This document shows positions 35,978-43,116 of a stretch of DNA of 64,000 bases, piece after piece. Within the stretch, counting starts at the first letter, position 1. Every line of letters starts with the position of its first letter. This DNA comes from an uncultured Sangeribacter sp. (GTDB lineage Bacteria > Bacteroidota > Bacteroidia > Bacteroidales > Muribaculaceae), in the NCBI GenBank assembly GCA_964581685.1, contig CAZOPN010000002.1, positions 29,400 through 93,399 of the forward strand. Reading direction: 5' to 3'. The translations under genes were made by a program, and so were the position numbers. The notes under the pieces are model-generated. The model had not been told where the DNA came from. It saw nothing but the letters and a program-made list of their open reading frames with translations, and made no database searches.

Positions 35978-37216
35978 ATGACTTTATTTAGCCATAATGA
36001 TTATACCGGAGCAGGTCTTTTTAAAAATGTCTCGTTTCTAATATTGATTGGAACGTGGATTGCAACAGCTTCAGCCGGTACAAAAATAGAGGTGACCAAT
36101 TCATCTTCTTTCTTAAGGGAGTCTGAGATGATAGAGATTCCTGCAGTTGATATTCCGGAGTTAGCGGAAGGTTGTAAATTCCGTATAGTGAATGCTGAAG
36201 GGATTGAACAGCCCTATCAGCTCACCCACGACGGACTCCTACTTTTAGAAGTAACAGCCGATGCGGGTGAAAAAGTGGAATACGAGATATGGGAAGGTCA
36301 GCCCGGAGATTTCGCGCCGGTCTGCTATGGCCGACAATTTCGTGAAAGAAAAGACGACCTTGCATGGGAAAACGATCGGTCGGCTTATCGTGCGTATGGC
36401 CCGGCACTTCAGCGAAGTGGAGAAAAGGCATTCGGATATGATATATGGAGTAAGTCTGTGCCTTATCCTGTCCTTGAGCAGAGATTTCATGATGATATTG
36501 TCAGAAAGATCTCATTCCATGACGATCACGGGAATGGAATGGATGGATATGCAGTAGGTCCTACTCTCGGAGGCGGAACCGCAGCCTTGCTCGACAAGAA
36601 AGGAAATATCATCTATCCTTATTGTTATGAATCTTACGAAATTCTTGATAACGGCCCATTGCGATTTTCATTTCGTCTTGTATATCCGGTCGTAGAGATT
36701 GACGGAGAGAATGTAAAAGAGATTCGAACAATTAGTCTTGATAAAGGGAGCTGGCTTAATAAAACTACTGTCGATTATGAAGGATTGCAAAGGGAAGCAA
36801 ACGTCTTTCAAGGTATTGTGGTTCATTCATCCAACCCCAATGGTTTCAAAGTCTCTCCGGAGAATCAATTTGTGGCATACGAGGATTTTACCGATGCTCC
36901 CGACAAAGGAAACGGACAAGTTTATGTTGGAATCGTATCTCCGGATTCCGACTTTTTCAGTTTTGTTCCACGAGGTAAGGAAAAGCAACAGGTTCCCGGC
37001 ATTAAGGATTCGATAGATTCAACTTCCGGTGATGGTATTGAAGGCCATGTCGGAGCTGTTGCAAAAACCAAGCCCGGATCTTCTGCACTTGTTTACTATT
37101 GGGGCTCCGGTTGGAGTAAAGGGGGAGTTTCGGATTATTCGGACTGGCAACGATATCTGTCGGATTTTTCCAAGCGTCTTAAAGAGCCTTTGAAAATAAG
37201 CTTAATAACAAAATAG
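35978..37216 (+). CDS. DUF4861-like secreted protein (family often linked to uronate/pectin/GAG loci)
   Basis: 412 aa. LAWENDRSAYRAYGPALQRSGEKAFGYDIWSKS matches my memory of the DUF4861 core. Not verified. Confidence 0.5.
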   Translation: MTLFSHNDYTGAGLFKNVSFLILIGTWIATASAGTKIEVTNSSSFLRESEMIEIPAVDIPELAEGCKFRIVNAEGIEQPYQLTHDGLLLLEVTADAGEKVEYEIWEGQPGDFAPVCYGRQFRERKDDLAWENDRSAYRAYGPALQRSGEKAFGYDIWSKSVPYPVLEQRFHDDIVRKISFHDDHGNGMDGYAVGPTLGGGTAALLDKKGNIIYPYCYESYEILDNGPLRFSFRLVYPVVEIDGENVKEIRTISLDKGSWLNKTTVDYEGLQREANVFQGIVVHSSNPNGFKVSPENQFVAYEDFTDAPDKGNGQVYVGIVSPDSDFFSFVPRGKEKQQVPGIKDSIDSTSGDGIEGHVGAVAKTKPGSSALVYYWGSGWSKGGVSDYSDWQRYLSDFSKRLKEPLKISLITK

Positions 37217-37277
37217 ATTCCCTTTTCTCAACAAATTTGAAAATCATTTGCCTTTCTGATGTGAGATTATAAAAGTT

Positions 37278-40076
37278 ATGTCGTTTCGGAAAAATTTTTT
37301 ATTGAGAGTCCTGGTTCTCCTGATTATTGCATGTGCTATTCCGGTTCATGCCAATAACCTTTATATAAGGGAGATGACAGAGGCAAACCGTTTTAACGAC
37401 AGAACAGTCTATAAAATTCTCAAAGATTCAACGGGATTTGTCTGGTTTGCTACCGGAAAGGGAATTGAGCGATATGACGGAATTCATGTGAGGCATTATC
37501 CGATCGGCTCAAAAAGTCCCGGACTTGTTTCCGATATAATACAAGTTCCTCAGAGTGGGGAAATTTTTGCAGGTAATAAAGAGGGATTATGGCGTTTGTC
37601 AGAGTCAGGGTTGTCGTTCGATTTGCTGAAAGAGCTAAATTTGTCGCAGATTTCTTCTATGGCTGTGGCCGGTTCGGGACGACTGGTTGTTGGAACAACT
37701 TCCGGTCTATATCGTGTTGATACGCGCAAAAAGACTTCCGATAAGATAGCTCTTGCTTCAACATCTTCACTCGGGACACCGGCTGTAAATGATTTATGTT
37801 ACGATGACCGGTCATCAACTATCTGGCTTGCCACTACCAACGGATTGCAGAGTGTTAGCATGGAGTATCCTTCGAAAGCCAAAGCATACGAATTCGGATC
37901 GCCTGCCCGGAAACAATCTTTTAACAGAATAATAAAGATAGGGGATAATATTTATCTTGGAACATTAAGCCGGGGAATAATAAAGTTTAATATTCCTACC
38001 GAGACATTCAGTGATTACACAGATATCGGCTGCAATGTTATATCAGCCTTTGAAACGGATGGTAACGGCAAGCTTTATGTAGGGTCAGATGGCGGTGGAG
38101 TGAGTGTGATAGATACTCAAACCGATAAGGTGATTCAGCATTACAGACGAGAAGATAGAAAAGCAAATGCCCTTCATTCCAATTCGGTCTATTCTCTTGA
38201 ACTTGGGAAAGAAGGCCGTATCTGGGTGGGATATTATCAAGCCGGAGTAGATTATTCTACTAATAATAACGGCATTTTCAGCGTATTTGACGATGAATAT
38301 TACTCCACTTTCCGAACAACGGCCCGAAGTGTGCTTCGCGATGGCGAACGTATTATTCTCGGCACCCTTGAGGGTGTGGGTATAATTGATTTGCTCAACA
38401 AGAAATCGGTTACTTTCCGGCGTCCTATATTACGTTCAGACATGATTCTCTCCCTTGTGAACTATAAGGATCGTTATTATGTCGGCACTTATGGAGGTGG
38501 TCTAAGCGTGATTGATAAGAATGGAAATGTCTCTGAATTTCCTGTTGCAGACGACCAGTTTATGTATGGCAGTATCTTTGCACTAAGTCATGACGGTTCA
38601 GGAAACTTATGGATAGGAACTTCCAACGGTGTCTATAAATATGATGGCAGCCGGATTGTTTCTCATTTCACATCGTCCAATAGCCGACTCCCGGAGGGAA
38701 ATGTCTATGAAATATTCTTTGATTCATCCGGAAAGGCATGGATTGCCACAGAAAACGGACTTGCCATATATGATAATCATAATAATACCATAAGGACCGA
38801 TTTATTTCCAAAAGGTTTTTTCAACAAACTGAATATTCGCCAGATTTTTGAAGATCGTAAGCATCGTCTCTACTTCCTTCCCTACAAGGGAGACCTTTAC
38901 AGTTCTGACAGAGAAATGAAAACATTCGGAAAAGTATCTTCCCGACTTCTCGAACAGCGCGATGTGAAAGCCATGACAGAAGATAAATTCGGCAATTTAT
39001 GGATAGCAACGTCAGAGGGAATGGTCCGTTGGAACGGACGTGACAGCTGGAAGGAATTCGGAACGGCAGACGGCATTCCGAGTAAGGATTTTAATTCGTG
39101 CCGCCCAGCTATAGATGAGGACGGTAATATTTGGTTTGGAAACTCAATGGGGCTGATTATGCTAAATGGCAAGCAAGCTTCTACAGATCCCGTTTCAAGC
39201 AATGTCCGTCTAAATGATATTTCTGTTAATGGAATGGAATATCAGGGGAAAGTGAGGCATGAAGATAATGCTGCGGTTATTGATTTTCATCGCCATTATG
39301 GAAACGTGACGTTATCTTTTTCTGATTTCAGTTATTCTGATCCCGATAATAACCACTATGAATACAAGATGGATGGTGTGGATGATGAGTGGCATGAATT
39401 CGGTACTGATTTTTCGGCTACCTATTATTCATTACCTTCCGGAACGCATACCATTCATGTTCGGTCGCGAGGTTCGCTTGAAGATGCGCTTACTGTCAAA
39501 ATAAAAAATCCCCTTGAATGGTGGGCATGGGTGCTTTGGGTTATCCTTGCAGTCGTGGTTGCGGTGTGGATTTTCATCGTGTTGCGTAAGTACAGGAGGA
39601 AACTTTATCCGGTCGAACAGGAGGAAATGGAAGAAGGGGAGGAGGAATTCGCTGAGACAGCCTCAGATTCAGATGAAAACGAGAATAATAAATACAAGAT
39701 GTTCAGGCTCAGTGACAGGGAATGCCGACAACTGGAGCGAAATCTTAAAGAAATCGTTTCTGAAAAACGCCCGTTTGTAAAGCCGGATCTGCGTATAGAC
39801 GATCTTGCCGAGATGATCGGTGTGTCGCGGTTCAGACTCTCATTTTATTTCAGCCAGTATAAACATATCACATATTACGAATATATCAATACATTGAGGG
39901 TTGAAGAGTTTAAGAGACTTGTAGAATTATATGGTCCCGATAAGTATACTCTTTCCGCCTTTTCAGAGAAAGCGGGGTTTAGCTCGCGCTCCACTTTCTT
40001 CAGATATTTTAAGAAAGTGGAGGGAATCTCCCCGGCCGAATATCTGCGACGCAATTCTGCCGAACGTTCTAAATAA
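37278..40076 (+). CDS. Transmembrane one-component regulator: HTCS-type periplasmic sensor (beta-propeller repeats plus Y_Y_Y) - TM - AraC-type HTH, with no kinase or receiver
   Basis: 932 aa. Signal peptide, then repeated two-component-regulator propeller motifs (GFVWFATGKGIERYDG, LWIGTSNGVYKYDG, AWIATENGLAIYD, LWIATSEGMVRWNG, IWFGNSMGLIML). Y_Y_Y domain (HYEYKMDGVDDEWHEF...ATYYSLPSGTHTIHVRS). TM helix WWAWVLWVILAVVVAVWIFIVL. Acidic linker. AraC HTH (GFSSRSTFFRYFKKVEGISPAEY). Confidence 0.8.
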   Translation: MSFRKNFLLRVLVLLIIACAIPVHANNLYIREMTEANRFNDRTVYKILKDSTGFVWFATGKGIERYDGIHVRHYPIGSKSPGLVSDIIQVPQSGEIFAGNKEGLWRLSESGLSFDLLKELNLSQISSMAVAGSGRLVVGTTSGLYRVDTRKKTSDKIALASTSSLGTPAVNDLCYDDRSSTIWLATTNGLQSVSMEYPSKAKAYEFGSPARKQSFNRIIKIGDNIYLGTLSRGIIKFNIPTETFSDYTDIGCNVISAFETDGNGKLYVGSDGGGVSVIDTQTDKVIQHYRREDRKANALHSNSVYSLELGKEGRIWVGYYQAGVDYSTNNNGIFSVFDDEYYSTFRTTARSVLRDGERIILGTLEGVGIIDLLNKKSVTFRRPILRSDMILSLVNYKDRYYVGTYGGGLSVIDKNGNVSEFPVADDQFMYGSIFALSHDGSGNLWIGTSNGVYKYDGSRIVSHFTSSNSRLPEGNVYEIFFDSSGKAWIATENGLAIYDNHNNTIRTDLFPKGFFNKLNIRQIFEDRKHRLYFLPYKGDLYSSDREMKTFGKVSSRLLEQRDVKAMTEDKFGNLWIATSEGMVRWNGRDSWKEFGTADGIPSKDFNSCRPAIDEDGNIWFGNSMGLIMLNGKQASTDPVSSNVRLNDISVNGMEYQGKVRHEDNAAVIDFHRHYGNVTLSFSDFSYSDPDNNHYEYKMDGVDDEWHEFGTDFSATYYSLPSGTHTIHVRSRGSLEDALTVKIKNPLEWWAWVLWVILAVVVAVWIFIVLRKYRRKLYPVEQEEMEEGEEEFAETASDSDENENNKYKMFRLSDRECRQLERNLKEIVSEKRPFVKPDLRIDDLAEMIGVSRFRLSFYFSQYKHITYYEYINTLRVEEFKRLVELYGPDKYTLSAFSEKAGFSSRSTFFRYFKKVEGISPAEYLRRNSAERSK

Positions 40077-40081
40077 TTGTA

Positions 40082-40109
40082 AGGCCCCATTTTTTATGAG
40101 ATGGGGCCT
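40082..40109 (+). terminator. Hairpin terminator after the sensor/AraC gene
   Basis: AGGCCCCAT-N10-ATGGGGCCT starting 6 nt after the stop codon. Confidence 0.6.
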
Positions 40110-40197
40110 AATATATTGATTATATTTACAAAGAACTTCGCCATATTTCTACTTACATCGCTAAATCTTTATTTAAAAGAACAATTGCAAAAAAAAA

Positions 40198-40214
40198 TGC
40201 GTTATTTTGACGCA
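40198..40214. promoter_or_regulatory. 17-mer TGCGTTATTTTGACGCA (operator candidate, site 1)
   Basis: Internal dyad TGCGT-N7-ACGCA. The exact reverse complement recurs at 40248-40264. Confidence 0.5.
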
Positions 40215-40218
40215 TTTT

Positions 40219-40249
40219 TTTGTTGATTGAATTATTATTATTAATTTTG
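40219..40249 (+). promoter_or_regulatory. Predicted promoter of the Nudix regulator gene
   Basis: TTTG 40219-40222, 19-nt spacer, TAATTTTG 40242-40249, with the ATG at 40279. This fits the Bacteroides TTTG-N19-21-TAnnTTTG consensus. Confidence 0.5.
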
Positions 40250-40264
40250 CGTCAAAATAACGCA
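40248..40264. promoter_or_regulatory. 17-mer TGCGTCAAAATAACGCA (operator candidate, site 2), overlapping the -7 box and predicted TSS
   Basis: Exact reverse complement of site 1, with a centre-to-centre distance of 50 bp. Confidence 0.5.
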
Positions 40265-40278
40265 AATGCTGTTTTACT

Positions 40279-41157
40279 ATGGTGAAATTTGATCAGCATA
40301 TAGAATTAGAAAATAATGATGGTAATAAGTCTGAGAGGGGAAATTATAGTTATAAATATCCTCGACCGGCTTTGACAGCTGATTGTGTGATTTTCGGCTT
40401 TGATGGGAACGGACTTAAACTGCTTCTGATTGAGCGGGGAATTGAACCTTATAAGGGTTACTGGGCTCTCCCCGGCGGATTTATGAAGATGAATGAAACC
40501 ATAGATGAATGTGCGCGTCGTGAGCTTTTTGAAGAAACCGGAATAAAAAATGTTTACCTTGAGCAATTTCGGGTATTTAGTAGTGTGGATAGAGATCCAC
40601 GTGGACGCGTAGTAACGGTTGCTTTTATAGCTTTGGTACGCCCGTCGGATTATAATGTCGTGGGAGGAGATGATGCGCAGAATGCCTATTGGTTTGAATC
40701 TAAACATCTTCCTCCTTTAGCTTTTGATCATCGGGAGATCGTTGCCGCTGCCAGGGCTCATCTTAAGGATATGATTAAGGTGAAGCCGGTGGCCTTTAGT
40801 CTTCTTGACGAGCTCTTTACGGTTGATGAATTGAGGAAAGTATATGAAGAGATTAATGAGAAAAGATATGATCGTCGAAATTTTCAACGGAAATTGGTTC
40901 AATCTGATATCGTGGATATGGTAGTGGAGAGTCGCCCCATGACGTCTTGCACTCCCTTTGATAAGGAAGCAGTGGCAGGTTGTCAATTTATTCCTAATAC
41001 AAATAATATCTCCCCCGGAAGAAAGTCAAAATTCTTCGGATTGAAAAATAAATTAAGACATTTAATAAATCCTGAGGGAAAAGATGATGAGTTGATAGAT
41101 GAGGGTCCGGAGGATGAGAATGAGGACGGTTCGATAAAAGATCTATTTAATTATTAA
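40279..41157 (+). CDS. NrtR-family-like regulator: Nudix hydrolase domain plus C-terminal winged-helix domain, with an acidic tail
   Basis: 292 aa. Nudix box GGFMKMNETIDECARRELFEETG, then FTVDELRKVYEEINEKRYDRRNFQRKL, which resembles the NrtR wHTH region. Confidence 0.7.
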   Translation: MVKFDQHIELENNDGNKSERGNYSYKYPRPALTADCVIFGFDGNGLKLLLIERGIEPYKGYWALPGGFMKMNETIDECARRELFEETGIKNVYLEQFRVFSSVDRDPRGRVVTVAFIALVRPSDYNVVGGDDAQNAYWFESKHLPPLAFDHREIVAAARAHLKDMIKVKPVAFSLLDELFTVDELRKVYEEINEKRYDRRNFQRKLVQSDIVDMVVESRPMTSCTPFDKEAVAGCQFIPNTNNISPGRKSKFFGLKNKLRHLINPEGKDDELIDEGPEDENEDGSIKDLFNY

Positions 41158-41442
41158 AGCAGCTTCACCGGCTTATTTCCGACCAACGGCTTTCTTACAA
41201 ATTGATGCGCCGAAACAAAATGATGAAAAACGAAAATTATGTTGAAATCCAGACTTGCGGATTAATGATGAAAGATGAAAGAAGTAAGATGAAAGAAGTA
41301 TGATGAATTTATGATCAGCTGATTTTGAGAAAGCCTTATTCTTAAATGATGTTTTCATCTTGATACTATGAAAACAAGGATTTAATACTGTGAAAAATAC
41401 ATATTATTGTAATAAAATTTTTAAACAAAAAGAATTTAAGTT

Positions 41443-42150
41443 ATGAAAACAGGATCAGATGCTCCAAAAGTTAAAACAACGGTATTCAATCTCATCATTC
41501 TTGATGAGTCCGGATCAATGAGCAATGCTCGCACCGCTACAATCAGCGGTTGTAACGAATGCCTCGGCGTAGCCCGTTCTCTGCAAAAAGAGAATCCTGA
41601 TACTCAGCGCTGTCTGGTATCAATATATGCCTTCCAGAGCGGTAGTGTTCCTTCCCGCTATCTCGTAAAGAATAAAAGTGTGGAAAATGTAAAAGATATA
41701 ACGTCACGAGACTATAACCCCATGGGTTGTACCCCTCTTCTGGATGCTGTAGGAATGACTCTGACCGATCTCAAGGCTGTCGCTTCGACACATGAGGATG
41801 CTACAGGAGTGATAACCATAATTACCGACGGCTATGAGAATTCCTCGCAGGAGTATACATGGAAAGATGTAAGCCGTCTTATCAGCGAATTCAAGGAACA
41901 GGGCTGGGCGGTTAATCTTATCGGTGCCAATATCGATGTTGAGGAGATGGCAACGAAGATGAATATTGAGGTAGCGAATGCGATGGCATTTGAAAACGAT
42001 GATTTGGGAACGGAAAAGATGTTCGGCAGTTTTTCAAACGCACAAATGGCATACCATAGAGAACGCACTTCTCGTGAAAGCGTCGCCCGGTCAGACGAAG
42101 AGAAAAGAGATATAAGAAAACAAATGTCTAAGGACTTTTGGAACAGATAA
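41443..42150 (+). CDS. Cytoplasmic von Willebrand factor A (vWA) domain protein
   Basis: 235 aa with no signal peptide. MIDAS residues DESGSMS ... TPL ... TDGYEN. Charged C-terminal tail. Confidence 0.7.
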   Translation: MKTGSDAPKVKTTVFNLIILDESGSMSNARTATISGCNECLGVARSLQKENPDTQRCLVSIYAFQSGSVPSRYLVKNKSVENVKDITSRDYNPMGCTPLLDAVGMTLTDLKAVASTHEDATGVITIITDGYENSSQEYTWKDVSRLISEFKEQGWAVNLIGANIDVEEMATKMNIEVANAMAFENDDLGTEKMFGSFSNAQMAYHRERTSRESVARSDEEKRDIRKQMSKDFWNR

Positions 42151-42186
42151 CAGATATCCATCATATTTTCCCGGACGTGTCATAAA

Positions 42187-42219
42187 AAGAAGATGAGGGC
42201 AACCCCTCATCTTCTTTTT
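42187..42219 (+). terminator. Rho-independent terminator after the vWA gene
   Basis: 13-bp stem AAGAAGATGAGGG / CCCTCATCTTCTT, 4-nt loop, then TTT. Confidence 0.75.
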
Positions 42220-42324
42220 ATGTTGTATAACATACGCGGCAGACATGCTTTATTCGCGGCCCTTTAAACAAGATCTTTCGTGAAAGAAAAATAATACTTA
42301 AATTTGAATAATATTGTGTCAATA

Positions 42325-42354
42325 AATTTAGTGAGACGAGAGTGTCACTAAATT
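42325..42354. promoter_or_regulatory. 13-bp inverted repeat AATTTAGTGAGAC-GAGA-GTGTCACTAAATT upstream of the sigma-factor promoter
   Basis: One mismatch in 13. Lies about 100 bp upstream of the predicted promoter. Function unknown. Confidence 0.3.
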
Positions 42355-42429
42355 ATATTGTTGGACCAGAGTAATTTAACAACTATTTTATATCATACAA
42401 GTAAATGAGATAAATGTAACAAAAAAATA

Positions 42430-42461
42430 TTTGTCGAGGGGTCGCATAGCATGTAATTTTG
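42430..42461 (+). promoter_or_regulatory. Predicted promoter of the ECF sigma factor / PUL
   Basis: TTTG 42430-42433, 20-nt spacer, TAATTTTG 42454-42461. Confidence 0.5.
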
Positions 42462-42490
42462 CATCGGATGAATTAGTTATCAGTCTGCCT

Positions 42491-42514
42491 CTCCGTCGGC
42501 ATTTGCCGGCGGAG
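42491..42514 (+). promoter_or_regulatory. GC-rich hairpin in the predicted 5' leader of the sigma-factor gene
   Basis: CTCCGTCGGC-ATTT-GCCGGCGGAG, a 10-bp stem with one G-U pair, 45 nt upstream of the ATG at 42559. Confidence 0.45.
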
Positions 42515-42558
42515 CAGGGAGGAAGAAACAACAGGACGACTTTAAAACTATACATGAT

Positions 42559-43059
42559 ATGGACTCAAAAACAATCATCACCAAGGCCTACTCAACCTAT
42601 TATTCGGACGTTGTCCGTTACATAAGTTATAAGACCGGGGACTCGGTTGTGGCAGAAGATATGGCTCAGGATGTTTTCCTGAAAATACTCTGTTATGATG
42701 CTGAGTTGCTTTGGGAGTCGATGAAGAATCTCATATATAAAATTACGGTTAATCTGGTGAACGATTACTGGCGCCGTCATTATGTGCGTCAGGAGGCTGA
42801 TGCATATCTTACTGAAATGATGGCTACGAGCAGCAATTCCACAGAAGAAAGTGTGAATTACCGCGATCTTCGCACACAGGAGCAGCAATGCTTAAGCAAG
42901 ATGGCTAAAAAACGTCGCGAGGTTTATAACCGCCGCCGTTTTTATGGTGAAAGCGCACAGGAAATTGCGGACAGCATGGGTCTCTCGCGCCGGACTGTGG
43001 AGAATCATCTCTTTTTAGGATATAAGGAGATGCGCACGTATATTTCGGCATGTTGCTAA
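42559..43059 (+). CDS. ECF-type RNA polymerase sigma-70 factor
   Basis: 166 aa. Region 2 (AEDMAQDVFLKIL, LVNDYWRRH) and region 4 (SAQEIADSMGLSRRTVENHL). Confidence 0.85.
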   Translation: MDSKTIITKAYSTYYSDVVRYISYKTGDSVVAEDMAQDVFLKILCYDAELLWESMKNLIYKITVNLVNDYWRRHYVRQEADAYLTEMMATSSNSTEESVNYRDLRTQEQQCLSKMAKKRREVYNRRRFYGESAQEIADSMGLSRRTVENHLFLGYKEMRTYISACC

Positions 43060-43116
43060 CGGTGAGGGTCAATGTGTCATTTATCAAAGAATATAATAGA
43101 AACTAACTTAACTTAT

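Noticed and set aside
40198-40214. Reading of A9-ATGCGT-N7-ACGCAT-T7 as a simple bidirectional terminator for the sensor/AraC gene.
   Set aside because: A better terminator already exists at 40082-40109. The whole 17-mer, including its loop sequence, is repeated exactly in inverse orientation 50 bp away across a consensus promoter. This favours an operator interpretation, although the terminator reading is not excluded.
41173-41358. 61-aa minus-strand ORF and the purine-rich (A)TGATGAAAG repeats in the Nudix-vWA intergenic region.
   Set aside because: The ORF is the antisense reading of a low-complexity repeat tract and has no start context. The repeats are short and irregular, so I do not call them a feature. 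They are mentioned under the vWA finding only.
42431-42625. 64-aa plus-strand ORF upstream of and overlapping the ECF sigma gene.
   Set aside because: It spans the predicted -33/-7 promoter and the leader hairpin and overlaps the sigma start out of frame. It is Arg-rich with no motifs.
43072-43116. 15-codon upstream extension of SusC (MCHLSKNIIETNLTY).
   Set aside because: The signal peptide begins after the MNRKPN start, and the extension would place uncharged sequence ahead of the n-region. It also leaves only 12 nt after the sigma stop.
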